Source: Armatimonadota bacterium | GTDB taxonomy: Bacteria > Armatimonadota > Zipacnadia > JAUWAU01 > JBHIEF01 | Reading direction: 5' to 3' | DNA: 62,686 nucleotides | NCBI GenBank assembly: GCA_046760465.1 | Contig: JBHIEF010000001.1 | Span: 1 to 62,686, forward strand | Part shown: positions 1-7,690 of the stretch, one piece after another | Layout of the letters: each line of letters begins with the position of its first letter | Numbering within the stretch: position 1 is the first letter of the stretch | Translations under genes and position numbers: made by a program | Notes under the pieces: generated by a model | Databases searched by the model: none | Seen by the model: only the letters and a program-made list of their open reading frames with translations | What the model was told of the DNA's origin: nothing

Positions 1-799
1 CATCCCCTCCACGCTCGATGCCCCACCGGAATAGGACGCTGCCCGGCTGAACCGGGGCCACAGGGAGTACCCTCGACGCTGCCGCAGCCTTAGCCGCAAG
101 GGCGCTCTCGGCCTCTGCCTGTGCTCGCGCTAATGGCCCCGCTAGATCCGTATCGCGCTCGGCTCGTGCGGTCACCGTCAGCCCGTAGCTATTGCGACAT
201 CGCGCGTGAGCCCACACAGCCGTCCTGATCGGCAGCCGCCGGTCGCGTGCAGCCTCGACCACAGAGGCGGCAGTAACCTGTGGATCGACTTCTAGCCTCC
301 TCAGGTACACTCGAGAATCGGCCGTCAACGTCCCCGAGAGCCAGCGACGCCACCTGCGGCCCACAGGAAAGAAACGATACTCGCCGCGGGAATAGACGTA
401 CGCCCGGCCGTGTATCAGCGCGTGGATGGGCGAGGGGTCATAGTAGATCAACTCGTGCAGCCCCTCCCCCATCTCATCGTACGTGGTTATGAGTGCTGCA
501 TAGTCGCCGGTCTCGTAGACGCGCCAGAAGCGCTTCTCGGACCCATCGCCCAACGGCGCCTCAGAGAACGCAGCGGCGCGCAGGCCCCCGATCTGGTCCG
601 CGGCATCCAGCCAGAACGCCCCGTCGCCGCTCTGGACGACAATGCCCGCGACAGCGGATAAGTCGGGGGGGTTGACCGGGAAGGGGGGGACACCCCTGGT
701 CTCCCACGCCAGACGATGGCGACTCGTTAGCCACCACCCGAATGCGATCAACAACGCGGCGCCGGTTACTCCGCATATCGACTTCGGGTTGCGTAACAT
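1..799 (-). CDS. Partial CDS (N-terminal part; runs off the left edge): hypothetical membrane-anchored protein
   Basis: This ORF is absent from the supplied track because no stop codon lies inside the window. My reverse-strand translation from ATG 799..797 gives MLRNPKSICGVTGAALLIAFGWWLTSRHRLAWE..., which contains one hydrophobic helix. The frame stays open for 266 codons to the window edge. Third codon positions are mostly G/C, as in the confident genes. No family recognised. Confidence 0.5.
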   Translation of the reverse strand, partial: MLRNPKSICGVTGAALLIAFGWWLTSRHRLAWETRGVPPFPVNPPDLSAVAGIVVQSGDGAFWLDAADQIGGLRAAAFSEAPLGDGSEKRFWRVYETGDYAALITTYDEMGEGLHELIYYDPSPIHALIHGRAYVYSRGEYRFFPVGRRWRRWLSGTLTADSRVYLRRLEVDPQVTAASVVEAARDRRLPIRTAVWAHARCRNSYGLTVTARAERDTDLAGPLARAQAEAESALAAKAAAASRVLPVAPVQPGSVLFRWGIERGGD

Positions 800-869
800 G
801 ACATGCCTTCCCGCCGCTGTAAGTCTTCAGCGTTTATGGGACGAATTGGGGGTCGAGTTAAGGTACAGT

Positions 870-889
870 CCTGCCTGCCGGCAGGCAGG
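870..889. repeat. Perfect 20-bp palindrome CCTGCCTGCC|GGCAGGCAGG in a divergent intergenic region; candidate operator
   Basis: Read directly: 870..879 (cctgcctgcc) is the exact reverse complement of 880..889 (ggcaggcagg). It lies between the minus-strand start at 799 and the plus-strand start near 1132. The repeat itself is certain; a regulatory role is inference. Confidence 0.85.
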
Positions 890-1131
890 TGCGGCCGTGT
901 CTGCTGCTCGATTGGCACCGTTCTCCACCCCTCTACGACGGTACTCCCAGCTGGCCAAGGGCGTCCCTGCCCGAAGTGTCTTTCGCCGGGCCAGGGTGGC
1001 TTCCCTTGGGCGAGGCTCAGGGCGAGCCCTGCGTCCGCGGTAGACATCGTCGGCTGGGCCACGGCCGGGGCGATGCAGCCCGTGCCCCCCCGCACGCGAG
1101 GAGGATGCAGGCTGGGTTGGGAGAACTCAAG

Positions 1132-2088
1132 ATGGTCGCGGCAGCCATGCAGGGCTGCTGGCCGCCGCTGGCAGACGGCATAGCCGGGCCACGGAGGTCT
1201 CGAGTGGGCGCATCACTGATCCACTTCCATGGTCGAGGGTTCTGGGCCGAGCACGCACGCTTGAGGGTGTGGCTTTGCCTGCTGGCCGAGGAGATCGGCC
1301 AGATGGAGCCACTGCCCGAGTGGCTGCAAGTTGCACGCGACCACTGGCACTTTCAGGCCATCGAAGACGCCGACGGGTGCTTCTTCGCCAATCTCGACGG
1401 CCATCTCGACGATGATGACAGGGTCAACACACTGACAGGGCTGTCCGAACGTGCTCTGTCTCGCCCGGATGAGAGCAGCCGGGTTCTGTCGCCCAGCTTC
1501 CTGGCGTCGCTTGGCCTGCGCGGCCGTTCGGTGTGCGAGGTCGAGACGGCGTCAGTCGTGGACGTCGCGGAGCGCTGGCTAGAAGTGCTGCGCGGGGAGT
1601 CCGATCCCGGGCGCCTGAGGACAGTCTACTATGTCACGGAGTTCGATGGCATCCAGATGGCGGTGACCGACAAGGAGGTGGCCAGCGACCTGTGGGATTT
1701 CGACGCCCCCGTTCCGCTCGCTGCCATCGAGCATGGGGAGATCCGGGCGTCCCGGCAGCACCCGGGCAGCCTCCTGATTCCGCTGGCAGGTATGCTAATC
1801 GCGGGCCTCTTTGTCTACTTGCTGCTCAGGGGGTCGAGACCACCACTTGCTGTCGGGGTTGGCGGCACCGTCCTATCCGCAGGGTTCGTTGTCCACGGGG
1901 CCCTGAAGCTGCGGGGCTACTTCGCCGACAGGAAACGGGAGCTCATCATCACCACGACTGACGGCCAACGTGAGGTTCTGTATATGACCCAGCACGATCC
2001 GACCTTCTTCGCCTTCCTGGAAGGGCTGAAGGCGGCGTTTGCAGCAAACCAGCGTGGAGGCTTTCCTCTGCGAACAGGCGAACCGTGA
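1132..2088 (+). CDS. Hypothetical protein with two predicted C-terminal transmembrane helices
   Basis: ORF 889..2088 trimmed to ATG 1132, which has GGGAGA about 9 nt upstream. The ATG at 1105 abuts its GAGGAGG with no spacer. Hydrophobic stretches are GSLLIPLAGMLIAGLFVYLLL and PLAVGVGGTVLSAGFVVHGAL. No family recognised and the start is uncertain. Confidence 0.5.
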   Translation: MVAAAMQGCWPPLADGIAGPRRSRVGASLIHFHGRGFWAEHARLRVWLCLLAEEIGQMEPLPEWLQVARDHWHFQAIEDADGCFFANLDGHLDDDDRVNTLTGLSERALSRPDESSRVLSPSFLASLGLRGRSVCEVETASVVDVAERWLEVLRGESDPGRLRTVYYVTEFDGIQMAVTDKEVASDLWDFDAPVPLAAIEHGEIRASRQHPGSLLIPLAGMLIAGLFVYLLLRGSRPPLAVGVGGTVLSAGFVVHGALKLRGYFADRKRELIITTTDGQREVLYMTQHDPTFFAFLEGLKAAFAANQRGGFPLRTGEP

Positions 2089-2159
2089 TGCGACCCCAAG
2101 GCGAATGCCCGGATGACGGCGCACCGGCATCGCGTAAGCCCGACTTAAGGAGATCAACC

Positions 2160-4064
2160 ATGGCGACGACGCGGCGTAGTTTCCTCCAGCACCTGGGCGG
2201 AGCCAGCCTCCTCGCGGCGACGGGATCGGCACTCCCCGCGGCGGAAGGCCAGGAGCGGAAGCCCAACGTCGTCTATATCATGGCCGACGAGCTCGGCTAC
2301 TACGAGTTGTCGTGTATGGGCCATCCCCATTTCAAGACGCCCAACCTCGACCGCCTAGCCGCCGAGGGGATGCGCTTTACGCAGGCGCTGGCCGGGTCAT
2401 CGCTGTGCGCCCCGACGCGGTGCTGCCTGATGACGGGAAAGCACAGCGGCCACACTTCCGTTCGCACCAACGGGGGCGGCACGCCGCTGCGCGAGGGCGA
2501 GGAGACGGTGGCCTCGGTGCTGAAGGGCGCCGGCTACGCGACCGGCGGCTTCGGCAAGTGGGGGTGTGGTGGGCGTGGCTCCACCGGCGTGCCCGAGGAA
2601 CACGGTTTCGACGTGTTCGTCGGCTACTACGATCAAGTGCACGCGCATTCGTACTACCCCGCCTACATCGTGCGCAACAGCGAGGAGATGCCGCTGCCCG
2701 GAAACAGGGGTGGGCGCTCTGGACAGACCTACTCCCACTACACCATTATGGAGGAAGCGAAGAAGTTCATCCGCGCCAACAAGGACCGGCCCTTCTTCTG
2801 CTACCTGCCGGTCACGCCGCCCCACGGCATGTTCGACATCCCCGATGAGGACCCGGCCTGGCAGCTCTTCAAGGACGAGCCCTGGCCCGAGGAGGCCAAG
2901 CGCTACGCGGCGATGGTCAACATGCTGGACCGCCACGTCGGCGAGGTCCTGGCGCTGCTGAAGGAGCTCGGCCTGGACCGCGATACCGTTGTCTTCTTCT
3001 GCGGCGACAATGGTGGTCAGGACTACTTCCGCAGCGACCAGCACCCGCGAGGCTTTCATGGCCCCAACGTGAACCCGAAGACGGGCCAGGCCTTCCGCGG
3101 CCATAAGGGCAACCTCTACGAAGGCGGGCTACGCGTCCCCATGATCGTCCGCTGGCCCGGCAAGATCCGACCCGGCCAGGTCAGCGACTTGCTCTGGTAC
3201 TTCCCGGATGTTATGCCGACTCTAGCCGAGTTGGCCGGGGCGCCCGTGCCACAAGACGTTGACGGCTTGTCAATCGTGCCGGAGCTATTGGGCGAGGCCG
3301 CCGCGGGACGCGAGCAGGATCAGCACGAGTTCCTGTACTGGGAGCTAGGCGCGCAGACGGCTGTGCGGATGCAGCAATGGAAGGCCATCCAGCCTGGCAA
3401 GAACGCGGACTGGGAGCTCTACGATCTCAGCGCCGATCCGTCAGAGGAGCACGACCTGGCGGCAGAACACCCGGACGTGCTGGCCAGGGCGAAGGCGATT
3501 GCCGAACGGGAGCACGAGCCGGCTGAGGAAGGCGTCTTCCACAATCGCGCCATTCACGAGAAGGACCGCCGCGCCAAATGGGGTGACACGAGGGAATCAG
3601 CGGCGCCGGCGAACACAATGCCGCAGCAGGGGTTGGTCCCCAGCAAAGAGTGGAAGGTCGTCCGCGTCAGCAGCGAGTCGCGCTTCAACGGCAAGCTGGC
3701 CACAAACGCCTTTGACGGCGATCCGTTGACCCTGTGGCATACGAAGTTCCAGGGCGGCGCCCTCGAACACCCCCACGAGCTGGTGATTGACCTGGGCCGC
3801 CAGTACACCATTCGCGGCTTCCGTTACCTCGCGCGCCAGGACGGCGGTTGGAACGGCACTGTCAAGGACTGCGAGTTCTACGTCGGGGACAGCCCGGACC
3901 AACTCGACGCCCTGGCAGCCAAGGCCACCTTGCGCAAAGTGAAGGAGGCACAGGAGGTCAAGTGCGAGCCCGTCCGCGGCCGCTATGTCCTGCTGCGTGC
4001 CCTCTCCGAGATCAACGGCGGCCCGTGGGCGTCCGTCGCCGAGCTGGGAGTAGTCGGGGAGTGA
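2160..4064 (+). CDS. Tat-exported formylglycine-type sulfatase with C-terminal F5/8 type C (discoidin/CBM32-like) domain
   Basis: ORF 2085..4064 trimmed to ATG 2160, with AAGGAG at 2147..2152 and a 7-nt spacer. The twin-arginine signal is MATTRRSFLQHLGGASLLAA. The sulfatase signature is SSLCAPTRCCLMTGK (C-x-P-x-R, Cys codon 2406..2408), and FFCGDNGG is also present. The last ~140 aa read NAFDGDPLTLWHTKF...IDLG...RYLARQDGGWNG, typical of discoidin domains. Confidence 0.9.
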   Translation: MATTRRSFLQHLGGASLLAATGSALPAAEGQERKPNVVYIMADELGYYELSCMGHPHFKTPNLDRLAAEGMRFTQALAGSSLCAPTRCCLMTGKHSGHTSVRTNGGGTPLREGEETVASVLKGAGYATGGFGKWGCGGRGSTGVPEEHGFDVFVGYYDQVHAHSYYPAYIVRNSEEMPLPGNRGGRSGQTYSHYTIMEEAKKFIRANKDRPFFCYLPVTPPHGMFDIPDEDPAWQLFKDEPWPEEAKRYAAMVNMLDRHVGEVLALLKELGLDRDTVVFFCGDNGGQDYFRSDQHPRGFHGPNVNPKTGQAFRGHKGNLYEGGLRVPMIVRWPGKIRPGQVSDLLWYFPDVMPTLAELAGAPVPQDVDGLSIVPELLGEAAAGREQDQHEFLYWELGAQTAVRMQQWKAIQPGKNADWELYDLSADPSEEHDLAAEHPDVLARAKAIAEREHEPAEEGVFHNRAIHEKDRRAKWGDTRESAAPANTMPQQGLVPSKEWKVVRVSSESRFNGKLATNAFDGDPLTLWHTKFQGGALEHPHELVIDLGRQYTIRGFRYLARQDGGWNGTVKDCEFYVGDSPDQLDALAAKATLRKVKEAQEVKCEPVRGRYVLLRALSEINGGPWASVAELGVVGE

Positions 4065-4124
4065 GCGGGCGCGCCCGCCCGGTCACCGCAGGGGTCCGAA
4101 GCGCGGCGGCGCCTGAGCACCGGC

Positions 4125-5468
4125 CTAGATGGTCCAGCCCTTCCGGTACTCTCGGCGGATGAAGGCGTCTGCCTCCGGGCAGTTCCTGGCCTTGAGCTTC
4201 TTCGGATTCCAGCGGAGCTCCTCGCCCACGCGGAAGGCCACATTGCCGAGCAGATTGTGCTCGATCAGGGAGCCGGAGTACTCGAAGTTGCAGAGCGCCT
4301 CGCCGCCGGTCTTGGCGGCCTCGATCCACTCGAGGTAGTGACCCGGTGACGGGGGGATTGTCTCCTCAGGCGGCTGGAAGTCCCGGAACTTCTCCTCGGG
4401 CAGCAGCACGCGCCTGCCGTAGTCGGCCAGCAGCATCCCCTCGTCGCCCACGAACAGAATGCCGTTGAACCACTCGGTCAGGTCCACTCCCGTCTCGATC
4501 TGCGGGCGGTATTCCGGCTTCTGCCCGCCGTGGTACCACTTGAGCGTCACCGGGACGCGGAGGGCCGGATTGCCTCGACGCGGGGCGTGCTTCCATGTGG
4601 CGATCATCCACTCGGGGGTCTTGACGGGATCCGGCTCGGGGCCCTCCGCATACACGGACTCGGGCTCGGTCAACTCGAGGGCCCACCACGGCAGGTCAAT
4701 GAGGTGGCTGCCCATGTCGCCCAATACGCCGTTGCCGAAATCCCATCGCCGGTTCCAGTTGAGGTTGCCCGGCAGGTAGCCCGGATGATATGGGCGGTAG
4801 GGCGCGGGCCCCAGCCAGAGGTCCCATTCCAGGTAGTCAGGCACCTCGGGGGTGCCCTCCAGTTCCTCGAGGGGCTTGATGGTCCGGCTGCACCATACGT
4901 GCGCTTCTCGGACGGGCCCGATCGCGCCGCCCTGTATCAGCTCGACCACCCGGCGGTAGTTGTCTCGGGCGTGTATCTGGGTGCCCATTTGGGTGGCGAC
5001 CTTGCCCCGGCACTTCCCGTAGACCTCGCGCACCCGGCGGGCTTCGTGGACCGAGTGGGCGAGCGGCTTCTCGCAGTAGACGTGCATGCCCATCTGCATG
5101 GCCTTCACCGCGGCCAAGGCATGCACGTGGTCGGCAGTGCTGATCACGACCGCGTCAATCTCGTCATCGTCCAGCAGCCGCCGCCAGTCGTTCTCGCGTT
5201 TGGCCCCCTCGGCTTCGGGGAACTTCTCGATGAACTTGCCGTAGTTGCGCTCATCTATGTCACAGAGAGCGTAGAAGTTCTCGCCTCGGACGCCTCCGGC
5301 GTTGGCCCGGCCTCGCCCCCAGACGCCGATCAGGGCGACGTTGAGCTTCTCGTTGGGTGAGATGGGCTCCTGGGCACGGGAGCTGGCGAAGTGTCCGGCG
5401 GCAGAGAGTGAGGCAACAGAAAACGCTGCCGTCTTGACGAAGTCTCGACGGCTCACTTGGCGTCGCAT
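4125..5468 (-). CDS. Tat-exported Gfo/Idh/MocA family oxidoreductase
   Basis: ORF 4125..5846 trimmed to ATG 5468..5466. The twin-arginine signal is MRRQVSRRDFVKTAAFSVASLSAAG. Rossmann motif LIGVWGRGRA and the family hallmark CEKPLAHS are present. The 126 upstream codons are Arg/Pro-rich and not protein-like. Confidence 0.9.
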   Translation of the reverse strand: MRRQVSRRDFVKTAAFSVASLSAAGHFASSRAQEPISPNEKLNVALIGVWGRGRANAGGVRGENFYALCDIDERNYGKFIEKFPEAEGAKRENDWRRLLDDDEIDAVVISTADHVHALAAVKAMQMGMHVYCEKPLAHSVHEARRVREVYGKCRGKVATQMGTQIHARDNYRRVVELIQGGAIGPVREAHVWCSRTIKPLEELEGTPEVPDYLEWDLWLGPAPYRPYHPGYLPGNLNWNRRWDFGNGVLGDMGSHLIDLPWWALELTEPESVYAEGPEPDPVKTPEWMIATWKHAPRRGNPALRVPVTLKWYHGGQKPEYRPQIETGVDLTEWFNGILFVGDEGMLLADYGRRVLLPEEKFRDFQPPEETIPPSPGHYLEWIEAAKTGGEALCNFEYSGSLIEHNLLGNVAFRVGEELRWNPKKLKARNCPEADAFIRREYRKGWTI

Positions 5469-5792
5469 GGGTGCGTCCCTCCCGCGATGTTCGGTGCCCG
5501 GCATGGCCGGGCTTGGGGCTCTGTCAAGAGTGAATGTTCGGCGGCGGCTCCGCGGACTCCTGCGCAGTGGGGAGAGGACCGCGGCGATGACCGGCGGGGC
5601 GTTGCCGGTGCTGGCGTTCAGACTTGCATCCGTCGGCAAGGCAGGTCGGTCGGCTCGATAGTCGGAAAATGCCTCTCCGACATCGTGCAGTTCCGGGGCA
5701 AGAGCCCGTCGGGTCCTCGCTGGTGCGGTCATGCGGTCGTGTGCCAGTCGGCCGGCTACCCGACAAGGACATCGGGGCTCAGTCGTCGTAAC

Positions 5793-7580
5793 ATGTCGCC
5801 GTCGGGCACGCAAGGGGCGGGATGGACTCTTTCGCGGGGACAGCACGCAGGGGGGAGATGCCAGTTGAGACGACGCGATTTCTGCCGGGCTGTGACGTTC
5901 GGTGCAGTGATGTCACCGGTCGTACTACGACGCGGATGGTGCGCTGATATGAGCGCGAAACGGCGCCCCAACATCGTCATCATCATGTCTGATGACATGG
6001 GCTATTCCGACATTGGCTGCTACGGCAGCGAGATCCGCACCCCGGCGCTGGACTCGCTCGCGGCCAACGGCCTGCGCTTTACCCAGTTCTACAACACGGC
6101 GCGCTGTTGCCCGACTCGTGCCAGTCTACTCACCGGGCTCTACCCGCATCAGGCGGGCGTCGGCCATATGATGCAGGACCGCGGGCAAGACGGCTATCGA
6201 GGCGAGCTCAGCCGGAACTGCGTGACTATCGCCGAGGTTCTCGGAGCCGCCGGTTACGCGACGTACGCCGTCGGCAAGTGGCATGTCACCAAGGGCACCA
6301 AGCCGGAGGGTCCGAAGGATAACTGGCCCCGACAGCGGGGATTCGACCGATTCTACGGCACGATCCATGGTGCGGGCAGCTACTGGGACCCCTCCACGCT
6401 CGTGCGCGACAACACTATGATAGCGCCGCCGTCCGACCCGGAGTATCAGCCGGAGGAGCCCTACTACTACACGGATGCCATCTCGGACAACGCCTGCCGC
6501 TACATCCATGAGCACAGCGCGGACGATCCCTTCTTCCTGTACGTCGCCTATACGGCCGCGCATTGGCCCATGCACGCCCGCCGGCGCGACATCGCCAAGT
6601 ATGAGGGCAAGTACGACGTCGGCTACGAAGCCATCCGCCAGGCCCGCTTCGAGAAGATGAAGAAGCTGGGCGTGGTAAGGCGCCGTGCCGAGCTATCGCC
6701 GCCACCTGCCTCCTGGGATAGCGTCAAGGACAAGCAGTGGGAAGCCGCGTGCATGGAGGTATACGCGGCAATGATTGACAGCATGGATCAGGGCATCGGG
6801 CGCATCGTGGCGACGCTGGAAGCGAAGGGCATGCTGGAGAACACGCTCATCCTCTTCCTGCAAGACAACGGCGGCTGCGCAGAAAGCGGCGGGCGCGGAG
6901 ACCAGCTCAACCCGCGTCCCGATGGTCCCACTTTCGATCCCATCCCGCCCGACGCACAGCACTACTTCGGCTCCGTCCCGCGACAGACGCGCGATGGCTG
7001 GCCGGTGCGGCGGGGACACGTCATGCCCGGGCCAGCCGACACCTACATCGGTTACGGCAGGAACTGGGCCAACGTCTCCAACACGCCCTTCCGAGAGTAC
7101 AAACACTGGGTGCATGAGGGTGGGATCGCCACGCCGCTGATCGCCCACTGGCCCGCCGGCATTAGGGCCCGGAACAAACTGCGCCATCAGCCGGCCCACC
7201 TCATTGACCTGATGGCCACCTGCGTGGACGTTGCCGGCGCGCGCTACCCGTCGGAATACCGAGGTCACGAGATCCAGCCCATGGAGGGGAGGAGCCTCGC
7301 CCCCGCTTTCGCCAACCGGGACATCAAGCGCGAGGCCCTCTACTGGGAGCACGAGGGGAATCGCGCCATCCGAGTGGGGAAGTGGAAGCTGGTGGCCAAG
7401 GGCAAGACTGGGCAGGACGAAGTCGCCTGGGAGCTGTACGACATCGAAGCCGACCGTAGCGAACTGCACGACCTCGCTGCTCAGCAGCCACAGCGCGTAC
7501 AGGAGATGGCTGCCCTGTGGCGGGCCTACGCCGAACGCGCCAAGGTCGTTCCGTGGCCGGTGTCGCGCAAGCAGCAGTGA
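5793..7580 (+). CDS. Arylsulfatase-type (formylglycine) sulfatase
   Basis: Motifs read: NIVIIMSDDMGYSDIGCYG, FYNTARCCPTRASLLTGLYPHQAG (C-x-P-x-R, Cys codon 6105..6107) and LQDNGGCAE. A possible Tat-like leader is QLRRRDFCRAVTFGAV. The start is uncertain, with in-frame ATGs at 5793, 5910 and 5949. Confidence 0.88.
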   Translation: MSPSGTQGAGWTLSRGQHAGGRCQLRRRDFCRAVTFGAVMSPVVLRRGWCADMSAKRRPNIVIIMSDDMGYSDIGCYGSEIRTPALDSLAANGLRFTQFYNTARCCPTRASLLTGLYPHQAGVGHMMQDRGQDGYRGELSRNCVTIAEVLGAAGYATYAVGKWHVTKGTKPEGPKDNWPRQRGFDRFYGTIHGAGSYWDPSTLVRDNTMIAPPSDPEYQPEEPYYYTDAISDNACRYIHEHSADDPFFLYVAYTAAHWPMHARRRDIAKYEGKYDVGYEAIRQARFEKMKKLGVVRRRAELSPPPASWDSVKDKQWEAACMEVYAAMIDSMDQGIGRIVATLEAKGMLENTLILFLQDNGGCAESGGRGDQLNPRPDGPTFDPIPPDAQHYFGSVPRQTRDGWPVRRGHVMPGPADTYIGYGRNWANVSNTPFREYKHWVHEGGIATPLIAHWPAGIRARNKLRHQPAHLIDLMATCVDVAGARYPSEYRGHEIQPMEGRSLAPAFANRDIKREALYWEHEGNRAIRVGKWKLVAKGKTGQDEVAWELYDIEADRSELHDLAAQQPQRVQEMAALWRAYAERAKVVPWPVSRKQQ

Positions 7581-7690
7581 GAAGGGCAGTCCGCGGGGGC
7601 GCGGAATGGGGTGGGTGGCCGGCTGGCTGGCCCCCGGGCCCTCAAGGAGTCACGCCGCGGCGGCCGCGCGGCCGTCAGGACGTTGCGCGC

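Noticed and set aside
4065-4078. 14-nt GC palindrome GCGGGCGCGCCCGC right after the sulfatase stop (and a 6-bp GC stem near 7650..7670) as intrinsic terminators
   Set aside because: The stems are short, the loop is sterically too tight in the first case, and no U-tract follows on either strand. GC-rich palindromes of this size are expected by chance in this composition.
5469-5846. N-terminal extensions proposed by the ORF track (also 10619..10921, 29373..29510, 34284..34484, 37110..37262, 40657..40890, 45761..45877, 50053..50418, 50273..50515)
   Set aside because: The extensions are Arg/Pro/Gly-rich and precede obvious Tat or Sec leaders. They lack an RBS, and several would overlap the neighbouring divergent gene or its promoter. 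Internal starts with an SD or stop-start overlap fit better.
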